Assembly: GCA_963920595.1 (NCBI GenBank)
Contig: OY986946.1
Span: 4,650,001 to 4,714,000, forward strand
From: Eimeria praecox
Taxonomy: Eukaryota
Direction of reading: 5' to 3'
DNA: 64,000 bases
Both the position numbers and the translations under genes were made by a program. The notes beneath the pieces are model-generated. The model was not told where the DNA came from. It worked only from the letters and a program-made list of their open reading frames with translations, and searched no databases. Of the stretch, positions 25,300 to 36,010 are shown one piece after another (the stretch's first letter is position 1; the number at the start of each line of letters is the position of its first letter).

Positions 25300-27000
25300 C
25301 GGGATGCGTTCTTGTAGAGTGGGCCCTCGTTCTTAGCTGGTGACTCTCGCGAGTTGCAATATAGTCAAAGGCTTAAAGGAAAAGTTTTCCAAAAGCAGCT
25401 GATCCCCCAACGGCCTGCACGTTTCCTGTACCGAGCGGCCCAAGTTTTCTAGCTCCTCTCAGCATAGTACTGAGAGGAGCAGGCCAATGGGCTAGCTATA
25501 CATTGAAGGAGTGCAGATCATTAGCGCTGAAGGGGTGGAGTTCCGCCTAAATATAGGAAAAAGATAACTGCTGTTGGCAACGGCGCCCTGGTAGCCATAC
25601 GGAGGGTATGAAAGCTAGATCATGTAGAGTGAAAGCCAGAGAACAGCAAATGCATATGACATGCTTTGCCACTAAAGCAACACAACTACGACCGCCCAAC
25701 GGTGAATTTAAGCACGCCTTAGGCAGTGCTGCATAGAAGCACGTCTGCAGTCTCGTCCAGTGATTGTAGGAGGGCTTAGTTGCTTATGAGGGATTGTTGA
25801 CCGGAAGCGCTCCTCCCAGTCGCGCTGCGTGTCCGTGGGCGATACAGCATGCATTTCACTCTTACTCTGTCCTCTGCGAATCAAACCGCTTGTCGCCTGG
25901 ATTTTAGTCCCCTCTAGTTGGTGCCTCCCGGTGTAGCATGGCTGTGAGTTTGTGTTGGGAATTCCGAGAAATTTCATTGATTCCCTGAACCTTTTGAGGA
26001 AGCGCATATTGATAGTACTACGCTGAAGGTAAGCCCCCTATGTAAACGAATGCTCTAAGTCGGCAGCGGAGAGAGAAATGCCCTACCCGACGTATGGCGC
26101 GTTTCTTCGGTTGGTTGTTCTCCTATGCTCTTCGAAGAGCATAGGAGAACAACAGCGCCAATCCAACTGGGTTGAATGCGCATGCGAATGCTATTTGTAA
26201 TAGCATTCAGAGTGGGTTTCTTATGCTTTATTCATGCATTCCCGCGCTAGTGCAAGCCATGTGTGGAACTGAGTGCAGCTAGCATACTGAACTGACTTCC
26301 GATAGCCAGTCCTGACGTGGAGCACGACAATGGCGTTCCCGTGCAGTCCATAGATGCGGAAAGTAAAGAGTCGAAGAATGGAGTGTTGCGGCTTAGACAT
26401 ATTCTGCACAAGGAAAGTAATAATCCAGTGCAGCCCATGTGTGGAACTGAGTGCAGCTAGCATACTGGACTGACTTCCGATAGCCAGTCCTGACGTGGAG
26501 CACGACAATGGCGTTCCCGTGCAGTCCATAGACGCGGGAAGTAAAGAGTCGAAGAATGGAGTGTTACGGCTTAGACATATTCTGCACAACGAAAGTAATA
26601 ATCCAGTTTAATGAATTTTGCTGGGTGTAAATACGGCTGGCGCGCTCAGTTTGATGGTCTACTCCCAGATATCTCGCGCTGGTCCACGTATGGTCGATAC
26701 TGTTGAATCCACGCAAGGAACCGCTCACGAACTCCGAATACCTCTGAGTAATTACGCTTGTGGGAGAACTGTGAGGCTTCCAGACAAGATCAATGAATAT
26801 GTGCACCATGCCTTCTGCTGTAACTGGAGATGAAATGTGCACATTTGCTGAGTCGCTCCTCAACGACTTAGATTCTATAGCAGCCTCAAACTGATGATAA
26901 ACGTACCATGGAGTCCATTGAGATGCCAGTTCAGATCGTTTGGGAGTGGAAGTGTATCTTGCTGTGGTTGATCCTGGTACAGGTATCCCTGCTTGCTCGT
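25300..27000 (-). mobile_element. Family A copy 2: decayed Ty3/Gypsy integrase fragment
   Basis: Minus-strand translation *TGISMDSMVRLSSV*GCYRI*VVEERLSKCAHF, then TAEGMVHIFIDLVWKPHSSPTSVITQR...VDHQTERASR, then QPKKRAIRRVGHFSLRCRLRAFVYIGGLP. The last segment aligns with 14430-14530 of copy 1. Boundaries are approximate. Confidence 0.8.
26252..26607. repeat. 178-bp tandem duplication
   Basis: ccatgtgtggaactgagtgcagc starts at 26257 and 26435; taatccagt ends at 26429 and 26607; few substitutions between copies. Confidence 0.95.
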
Positions 27001-27129
27001 AAACTGGCTATTGAGGATCAATTAGGCATTTAAAGGCAGCCCACACTACAGTTTACAATGCTAACGGATTCAACAAAGGAACATTGTCTGTACGTGCAGG
27101 CGTAGCTGCCTTGAAGCACTAGCTGGAGA

Positions 27130-27369
27130 AAGCTGCGTTGCATCCCCTGACATGCCTGTCCGTGCCTCGTCCTGCCCAAGCCCTTGGGTGGCTGTACAGA
27201 GGGCGCCATTAGGCTGGAAGGGAGGCGGTCGCCTTGCTATGCACAATTTCTTTAGGCTTTTGACTCTGCTGCCACTCGCTACGGTCGTCAGCTACGAGCG
27301 AAGACTCTTGTTACACTTGGTAGCACCTCACGGCTCTCGGTTCATCGGGATATGAACCAGCAGGGAACC
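27130..27369 (+). mobile_element. Family A copy 3, left part: LTR 3' end plus tRNA-iMet-like PBS, interrupted by the chromovirus
   Basis: Homologous to ~11250-11490. The LTR ends ...cttgttaca (27315) and is followed by TGGTAGCACCTCACGG (27318-27333), complementary to a ...UGCUACCA tRNA 3' end typical of initiator Met. Confidence 0.7.
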
Positions 27370-27374
27370 CCATC

Positions 27375-27784
27375 TGTAGTGAACAGCTGGCCTACATAGT
27401 TACTACGATAGACCACTAAGTTAGACATAATAGGTGCACACGCTAATATCTCGCCCCCAAACCTATGATTCTCGCTGAAACCTCTAATGAACACCGTTAC
27501 GAACCAAATATATGATAGAGTTCCTATTATTGTTCCCCCAGGAAAACGCAGAATAATAGAACTGATTCCCCGACCTTCGCTGAGGGGCAGGGCCAGAATC
27601 ACAGCAACAGCCTCACACCCAGCTCCAAGCTGGTGCCGGCTGGCGAGCACTCTGATCCGATTAAGCTGCCTTTCTATATAAAAGTGTCCTAATCCCTGAA
27701 ATCTTCTATAGCTTTCACTCCTTTTCATGATACTAGGCCTCTAGAGGACACACCAGAGATCCATTGCAGTGCTTGTGCACTAGA
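27375..27784 (-). repeat. 3' LTR of the chromovirus (410 bp)
   Basis: About 94% identical by eye to 34365-34770; one terminal base differs (cactaga vs cactaca). Confidence 0.97.
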
Positions 27785-27785
27785 A

Positions 27786-27800
27786 CGTCCCCCTTTCTTC
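27786..27800 (-). promoter_or_regulatory. Polypurine tract
   Basis: Minus strand reads GAAGAAAGGGGGACG immediately before the 3' LTR. Confidence 0.85.
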
Positions 27801-28789
27801 GAACAGAAACCGCTCCGCTGTTTCGTTTATTCCTGTTCTTGTCTAACCTTCAAATTGTCTTTCTCTCCCCCTTGCATCATTATAGGATTGTCCACAAGTC
27901 TGGGGTAAAGGGACTTTCAGCTTAGCCCACTATTCGTCGGTCCAGCAAGTGGAGGGCCCAGGCTTTTCAACCCTGTGTACTAGCCTCGTCGGAGCTCGAC
28001 GGGAGTGGCGCTCCTACATCTCTTGCTTCTACTCCTCTACCTAAACCTCCACCCGGTGTCCCGACGGCCTCGGCTGGTCCCCCAGAAGTGTGTTTGCTAC
28101 TATTCTGCCTTGTGTTGCTTCGCAGGATTGTTGTGCTCTCCTGTGTCCAGCTAATTCAGGTCCGCCTTGCTCTTGTGGAGTGCAAGGCGGTTGTGCTTGC
28201 TGTTAAGCCGTGTTCTATTCTCTTGACTGCGTGTTGTTTCCCTCTATCAGGATCTTTGCTGCGCTGTTATGCTGTGGCGCGTGAGTTTGCTAATCAGGTT
28301 TCCTGATTACCTTGGTGTGGATAATGAACCTCCGTTAAACTAACGATTATTTTTTTACTCAATATTTTGGTCGCCTATTTGCTAGCTTGGAGTTCTGTTA
28401 TTAGCGTGTAGTGATGCTTACGCCCCTTCCCAACGCAAAATTTACCACTCTAGGTCTCTGAATATAGGCACTTCCCCTGAGTATTGCTACCTCTAGGAAC
28501 TCTACGAATAGTAATACTAACGTGTGGTAGATATTGGCCTTTCTGCCGGTGGTACAGTGTGCTAGTGCCTATTGTGAGGACCTACCGTACATGCGTGTCC
28601 ATGTGCATCTAAGCTAGGCCATTGACTGTGTAGATAATCTGCTACCGCCACATGGGGTGCTCCTGCATCCCTTCTCCCCTCTCCCCAGGCTGGGAAGGGT
28701 GCAGCAGCTGGCGAGATGGGGGGGTGCCGAAACGAGGAGAGGGCGGCGGGTCAGGGCGGAGGGCGGTTTCGCTGACGGCGCTGCCAGGC

Positions 28790-31700
28790 GCGCAGCAGTG
28801 CAGGGCAACCCCCCAAATGGCTAGCGGGTTCGCAGGTGGTGCGGTCCTCGGAGAAGCCCCGTCAGTTGATCAGGTAGTAGGCCTCGTCTCCGGACCCGCG
28901 CTGGTCCGTGATGTAGTCGACTTCGTATTGACCTGTGGGATCGCCTGCAGCATCTTGGGTGGGAGGCCACCCCACGACGGCCTCCTGAGGTGCCTGTTCA
29001 GTTGCGCGGGGGCGGTCAGGAACTAACTGGGAGACGTGGAAGGCATCATGGCATTCGTAAGTAGGGGGCAACGCCAGGCGGTAAGCAACACTCCCAATGC
29101 GTCCAGCAATAGCGAAAGGTCCCCGGAAGCGGGGTTCAAACTTAGGGCATGTATTGAAAGCGGCAAGGTGCTTGCTGCTCAGTCAGACTTTGTTGCCCAC
29201 CGCATACTCCACTTCGCGGCCGTGGGCATCTGCGTATTGTTTTTGTTGACATTTTGCCTTCAGGATGTGACTCTGCGCCCTGTCGCAGAGCTGACGGAAA
29301 AGCTTCGTCATCGGCGGATTAAGGGTAGGGGAGAGAGCACCGACGACATCGAGATCCGCTGGACAGTTCAATGGACGAGTGACTAGTGGTATTGTATGCG
29401 AGCTCTAAGGCAGGTAATAAGCGCTCCCACTCACGTTCGTCGGATAGGATGTAGGTGCGGAGCATTTGTTCGAGCGTGAGATTTACTCGTTCTGTTTGAC
29501 CGTCGCTCTGAGGGTGATAAGAGGAAGATAAAGCTCGAGTGATGTTGAAAGGCATACCCAGCTGCTGCCATAGATCTAAATGGAAACGTAGATCGCGGTC
29601 CGAAATGAGTGCCTCTGGTAGCCTATGGTAACGAATAAGACGATCGGCGAGAACATCCACGGTATCTGCGGCTGTGAATGTCTTTTTCGCAGGGACTAAG
29701 TACGCCGTCTTACTAAGGGAATCGACCAACACCAGGATAGAGTCATGGCCAGTCTTCGTATGCGGGAGGCCAGTAATGAAATCCAAGCTGGCGTAGCTCC
29801 AGCGGCGGGAGGGAATAATTAACTGCTGGAGAAGGCTGGCAGGCTTTTGATTGAGGGATTTGGAGGCTCGGCACTGCGTACAGGACTCCACGTGCGTTTT
29901 AGTGTAAGTGCGCATGCCGGGCCAGTAATAAGGTTTGCCGAGAGATAAGAACGTTTTCTTCTGACCCCGATGCCCTGCGGTTACGTGTTCGCGATGGTTA
30001 TATAGAATGTGTGTAAGGAACTCTGGAAACTGCAGAAGACATATAAGCCATAAGCCGTGCATGCAAAGGGGTGACAAATCGGAAGGCGAGGAGACGATTG
30101 CGGAATTCCGCCTGGACGGTTGCACCGGCTGCCTGAACCGCCGTGTTGTATGGAACCCGAAAGACGGGACACTTCGCATAAGCTGCCAGCCAGTCCAAGG
30201 CTGCAGAATCAGCGGACTCCACTGGGAAGTTGGCGGAGGGCTCGGTGGCGTCAGGAGGAGACTCGTTAGCCTGAGACAACGAAGGAGGAGACTGCGGGCG
30301 AGTCCGAGGCGTGCGACGAAGAATGCCAGCCAGCTGCCGATAGTTGACTTGCCTCCGCCTGGTGTGATGAGCTGGATCTGGGTATGCAGGGGCTAACAGA
30401 AGCGGCGCGGAGGACCCCGAGAGAAGAGGCGGAGATGGACTAGGCAGGGGGGGCGGATGTGAAGAGGAATGACAAGGAAAACGAGACAACGCATCGACCA
30501 CCGTGTTACGCGAACCTTGTAGATAGGTGATAGTGAGATCAGGGAAATCCGCGATGAAATCTAACCACCGGGCGGTGCATCCCCGCAAGGGCTTGGACGT
30601 CTGGAGCATCCGTAAGTGGGTTAGCGCTTGATGGTCCGTCAATGCTGTAACCTTAACGACGCGAAGTAGGTGAGACTACTTGAGGAGGGCTGTGACTAAT
30701 GCCAACAGTTCCTGATCGGAGATCGAATATTTGTGTTGCGCGGGAGTCATGGCCTGACTGAGGAACCCAATTGGCTGTCGAGCCTGTTCGCCACCAATGA
30801 CGTAGCCGGAGGCATCGGTGTAGAGCTCAAAAGGCTTAGAGGCGGCTGGGACCTGGAGGGTGTGTAATCAATGAGACATTGCTTGCTTGAGTTGGAGAAC
30901 CGCCTGGGTGTGTGCGTCTGTCCAATAAAGAGGATGTCTTTGCGAGTCAGGGTAACCAGGGGACGGGGAATGTCGGCATAATCGGGGCCCATAAGCATAC
31001 GGCAGTAATTAACAGTACCGAGGAACTGGCGTACTTGCATCTCATTCTCCAGCACCTCTGACCATACCCGGATTGCTTCGATCTTGTCTGCTGCAGGTTT
31101 TGTCCCTTCAGCACTGATGGTATATCCCGAATACGTGACTTCCCGGCGCTCGAACTGGCACTTGCGAAATTTCAGGTAAAAAATTGATCGGTGAGAAAGA
31201 TGCTTAACACCTTTCGCAGGAGAGCAACATGAGTAGAAAGATCAGCTGAATATATGAAAACATCATCAAGGTATGCAATCACTCCATGACCTAGCAACGG
31301 TTGTAAGTAGGCATTTATGTTTGCTTGAAAGGTAGCAAGAGCACCCTTCAGGCCGAATGGCATGAGTTTGTGTTCGAACAAGCCCAAGACTGAACGGAAG
31401 GCTGCCTTCCAGCCTTCCTCTTTGGCCATGCCGATCTGGTGGAAGGCTGCCTCTAAGTCGAGAGTGGAGAAATACTTGGCGCCGCCCAGCATCTCCAAGA
31501 CCATTTAAACTGGAGGTAATGGAAAGTGAGGCACTACCGTAAGCGCATTTAGGGCTTGGTAGTTAACCACCATACGCATCTGACCCTTGCCTGTACCATC
31601 ATCTCGCTTATCAACCATGATCGTGGGTGCGCAGATGGGGGAGTACGTGGGACCGATTCATCCATATGCTGACAGCTTGGCGATTTCCTGTTTCTGAAAG

Positions 31701-33110
31701 CGAAGCTGATCAGGAGTCATACGGTAAAGTGCTGATTTTGTTGGGAGCGTGCCAGGGGCTAAAAGAATGCGATGGTCGTGCGGTCGCCTGGGTGGCAGGC
31801 CTCGTGGCAAACTGTCAGGGAAAACATGCCTATATGTCTGCAGCACTTCGCGTATCTCCTGTGGGAGGTCCTGGGACTCGGATGATTGCGTCCACTCGTC
31901 GAAAGGGGTGAACTCCAGCTTGGCTGTAGGCCATCATGAGTCTTCATCATCTGTAGCATGCATTATGTCTATTGCAGGCGTAGGGAGGACTTTCTCTGCT
32001 TGTGTATTGTCGTTACTAATAATTGCGCAGCAAAGGCTCCTTGTTGCTCCTCAGGTATCCTAAGGGCAACGGATTCGTCAACTTCGGGCAAAGCCAATAC
32101 CATATTCAAACCTTGGAGTGGAGGTTGTAACCCAGTGGTGTTGGCTCTTCCTTGTTCGATCAAGGCTTTAATAGGCGCTTTCTTTCCAGGCTTGGTGCGT
32201 TGCTTAGTTCGCTTAGGGGGCGACCGTAGAAGGGCAGCCGCCACCGCTTCAGTCATCTGAGCCACTTGCCAAGCCAGAAGGTCGTACGCTTGTTCGGCTG
32301 GTGTCCTTTTGGGCGCGACTTGGTTATCATCTTCAGTTCGCTTGTCCATGCGTGTGCGCACCAGGGGCAATTCACACCACCTGCCATCCAGATACGTCCT
32401 CAACTTGTCCTATTGGAAATACCAGGAAACCTTATGTTTCGTCAGCCAATCAAGTCCTAGGACGATATCATAGGGGACGGGACCCACAAGATAATCGCCG
32501 GTAAGACATTCACGTCCAAAGCAGATCGTCAAACTCTTCATGGTTCGATCAATACGCAAATGGGCACCGTTCGCTATAGTAAACACACACACACATCCGA
32601 AAGTTTCCACACTTTCAGCTGTAAGGCTTCAACCATTCGAAAGTTGATGAAACTGCGTGAGGCTCCAGTATCTAGGAGAGTCTCACAGGCACGCCCTACC
32701 ACCTCTACGGGTAGTATAGTCGGCACGCTCACGCTACACAGCATTCCTTCCATTTTGGAGCCCTCATCTGCAACGTGCTCCCGCCACCACGGTAGCAACT
32801 CAACGGTTGTGACAGACTGATGGTCCTCAATAGAAACTCCGACGTTCACGTCTCTGCTGTTATCGGTATTATGCTTCGCCTTCCCGTTGGCTGCTGGGAC
32901 CTGCGCAGCTGTCTTTCGCTCTGCTGACAGTTTCCGATAAGCAGTTGGCCCTTGATCGCCAGCTGGTGCCCCTTGCTCCTTATGGATTAGCTTCTCTGCT
33001 CACCCAGGGGAGACTGGAATGGCGTTAGGTTCTGTTGCTACTGCGCACATCACACCTCTGCCACGATCTGGCAGCCTAGCACGTTTGTCTCCTGCAACGC
33101 CTAGGCTTCC
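28790..33110 (-). pseudogene. pol: Chromovirus pol (protease, RT, RNase H, integrase, chromodomain) with stops and frameshifts
   Basis: Protease LLDTGASRSFI (~32650-32680). RT YFSTLDLEAAFHQI...MPFGL...YLDDVFIYS (31172-31504). RNase H FELYTDASG (~30810-30835) and TDHQALTHL. Integrase HHCC (HREHVTAGH...CTQC) and D-D-E (SLDFITGLP, ISDRD, GQTERVN). Chromodomain YEVDYITDQRGSGDEAYYLIN*RGFSEDRTTCEPASHL (~28815-28930). Confidence 0.95.
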
Positions 33111-33114
33111 CCGT

Positions 33115-34229
33115 TTAAACTTTGAGACCGCTGCCTTTCTGCTGTGCGGATGCCCGTGAAGTGTGGCTACAGCCTCCAGTCCTCATACGAACAGGTGTTC
33201 GACACTCGCGAGCGTAGTGCCCCATGCCTCCACAGTTCCGGCACGTTTCTCCGGATTTGCGCGATGTCGGATCACCGATTGGACAACTCTTAGCCATGTG
33301 CCCCCTGCCTTTACACTGGTAACACACCATTTCTGTTCTGTCACCCGATGGTTGGGTGTATCGTCTAATCTCAGTAGACACTGGCGCACGTGGAAACTCC
33401 GCTGCCCTTCCTGTCAGACTAAGTTGGAACTCCCCTTCCTGCCTACGGAATTCCTCCTGGACGGCTGCCCACGAGGCGGCTATAGCGGCTGATGCGTGGG
33501 GCTGCATCCCTCCCATCACTGAATTGTTTCGTACCTCGCTGTGTTACGGCCCATCTGAGTTCTGCTGGAATATTCGTTAAGAAATAAACCAACTAAGTCT
33601 TCTGCCGACAGCTGAGGCACTTGAGCCACGATTCGACTGAAGTTAGCCGTATAGGTGCTGTAGTCCCCATTCCATTCGTTAGCTGCCATTCGGTAAATGA
33701 GTGTTGCTCAATCTACCGTGCAGAAACATCTTATTATTTCCTGTTTGATGAGTGCCTAATCAGTCATGTCCGTACCGGATCGTTTCAGGTCCAACCAGCA
33801 CTGTAGAGCGTCCTCGTCGAGGTATTCGCCAAGCTTCTCACCCCAGAGCTCTTGTGAAAGAGCCATCTTCCTGAACCGTTGTTCCATAAGCATTAAAAAG
33901 GGTTGCATAATATTGCCCTTCTCCCGAGCGAGGGGCGGAGGTAGTACGAATGACGACCGCTGCACATTCTTCTAAATAAGGCAATTCTGGAGCCGTTCTA
34001 CTTGTTGCCTTAGTCTGCCTATTTCATCGGGCTGTTGCTTCTGTGGCTGCATTTCCACCACCGGTTTCTTTGGAGCGGCCATTTGAGGAAGTTCTCGGGG
34101 GGGTGGGTTGGCGACGACAGTAGGTTGAGGTGCCGAAGTGCGGTTGAATCGACTTGGTTCCCGTACCGTGGACATTCGCTTCGATGCTGGTTCGGGTGGA
34201 CTTAGCACTCGGCCATTACGCAAGTGCAT
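33115..34229 (-). pseudogene. gag: Chromovirus gag with two CCHC zinc knuckles, disrupted
   Basis: ORF pieces 33972-34229 (MHLRNGRVLSPP...), 33756-33965 and 33115-33519, the last with CYQCKGRGHMAKSC and CRNCGGMGHYAREC. Confidence 0.92.
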
Positions 34230-34344
34230 GGCGATTGTCTCCCGGAGACTTGCTCTGAGGTCCCTAGGTCCGTAAAATGGGGCTGCTTTTGTGATATGAG
34301 CAGAAGAGGAAAAACTATTATTGTATTTTTTTTTATTTTTTCTG

Positions 34345-34362
34345 ATTCCGGAGCAGCCCCCA
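34345..34362 (-). promoter_or_regulatory. Primer-binding site, tRNA-Pro-like
   Basis: Minus strand TGGGGGCTGCTCCGGAAT begins 2 nt after the 5' LTR; compare the MLV tRNA-Pro PBS TGGGGGCTCGTCCGGGAT. Confidence 0.8.
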
Positions 34363-34364
34363 AA

Positions 34365-34770
34365 TGTAGTGAACAGCCAACACTGTTACTACGATAGACC
34401 CCTAAGTTAGACATAATAGGTGCACACGCTAATATCTCGCCCTTAAACCTATGATTCTCGCTGAAACCTCTAATGAACACCGTTACGAACCAAATATATG
34501 ATAGAGTTCCTATTATTGTTCCCCCAGGAAAACGCAGAATAATATAACTGATTCCCCCACCCTCGCTGAGGGGCAAGCCCACAGTCACAGCAACAGCCTC
34601 ACACCCAGCCCCAAGCTGGTGCCGGCTGGCGAGCACTCTGATCCGATTAAGCTGCCTTTCTATATAAAAGTGCCCTAACCTCTGAAATCTTCTATAGTTT
34701 TCACTCCTTTTCATGATATTAGGCCTCTAGAGGCCACACCAGAGATTCATTGTAGTGCTTGTGCACTACA
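34365..34770 (-). repeat. 5' LTR of the chromovirus (406 bp)
   Basis: TGTAGTG...CACTACA termini; TATA-like TTTTATATAG on the minus strand at ~34660-34669. Confidence 0.97.
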
Positions 34771-34775
34771 CCATC

Positions 34776-36010
34776 GCTCCGCAACAAGGCCATATAGCGA
34801 GTAGCAACTATTGGTAAAATAAAAAGGATTTCCACACGAAAAATCAAACAATTAAATTGAAAGGCTCTTACCAAAGTCTCAGCCTTTTGCTCCTGCACAA
34901 CGGAAAATGGTCATGCCTTCCCCTTGTAAGGGAAGGTAGTCCACGGTTGGAAGCCTCGCCGAGCAGGAATACACTCAGTTCCAGCATCCTATTTGGTGGA
35001 AAGTGCATCTTGACGAAATCCAATTGATGAAAAATGCCTCCGCCTCTACCGAGCATCCACATGTGATGGTCCCCTCGATGCGGAAACAATGGAAGAGTTC
35101 GTTCGCTCCCTCGACTTTTACCTCCGCCTTCAAAACGAACCGAAAACCCACAAATACTAGAGGCGTCATGCCTGTATCACGGGGGCAAACGCCTGTGGCG
35201 ACTACATCTGAGCAAAGGTTCCGCTTTATTGAAGTATGTCAGGGCCGTGCAAGCTTGCCTGCGTGCACTAGATGCAGGCTTAGTCGGCTTAGGCGATAAC
35301 TGCAAGGGGACAAGCTATGGAGGAGGTGAAAAGGCGTAAGCAAGGGAATGTGCCTATAGAATGCTGTACCGAGAGGTATCAGTCGCTGGTGAACAGAAAT
35401 CCAGCAGTGTAGAGGGAGCTCTTGTGCGGTAAGTTCATAGCAGGGCCCTCCCACGGGGACAGGCAGCCAGAAACCGACTGGGCAGTGGGAATGGAACAAA
35501 GGAGTGAAGCAGCTCATCTGGCCCAGATCACAGGGTATCTCCGCAGTAAAGAAAGAAAGACAATGCTACTTCCATAGCTGTGGCCCAGCAATATGAAGAT
35601 GGGCTGGGAAACGGCTCGTATTCTGAGTCTACAGATATTGGGGCTGTGAATGCCAGACTAGCCCAGAAACGGGCCAAAAGCGTTAACTGGCAAGAACCAG
35701 CGAATACGGTAACCAGGAAGCCAAGGAGACGTAGCAAGTGGTGTATCTGCTTCTTGCGCAATAAGCAAGGCCGCATACCCCCTCGCTTCAGGCACATGAA
35801 AAACTGCTAAGAAACAGGAGAAGCAGGACTTAGAGCAGCGTCGCCGGGGGGGCAAAGAAAACGGGTAGGGAAACAGCAGTATGTGCATACTCTAGGATAA
35901 GAAGAGTGGACTTACTGCTTCAAGGAGAAAGGAGCGCGTAGGCTCTTAAGCAGCGCAGGAGCGCTGCAGGAAACAACCGAAAATTGCATGCAGTACGTCG
36001 TGACTGTCCT
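34776..36010 (+). mobile_element. Family A copy 3, right part: gag remnant with protease-region deletion
   Basis: 35025-35850 closely matches 11725-12540 (shared ORF-track peptides MKNASASTEHPH..., MAQQYE...). 35870-36010 matches ~13030-13165 more loosely. Confidence 0.88.

Larger units (their letters stand above)
27375..34770 (-). mobile_element. Full-length chromodomain-bearing Ty3/Gypsy LTR retrotransposon (chromovirus-like), coding regions disrupted
   Basis: Direct LTRs with TGTAGTG...CACTA(C/G)A termini and a 5-bp TSD CCATC (27370-27374, 34771-34775). PBS and PPT are in the expected positions for a minus-strand element. Domain order is gag-PR-RT-RH-IN-chromodomain. Confidence 0.97.

Noticed and set aside
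27342..27728. ORFs MKRSESYRRF.../MKRSENYRRF... (also 34202-34714) as duplicated genes
   Set aside because: They lie within the two LTRs; the similarity reflects LTR duplication.
27800..28780. env-like extra ORF in the chromovirus 3' region
   Set aside because: Only a 72-aa hydrophobic antisense ORF (28088-28306) and no long sense ORF; treated as 3' UTR.
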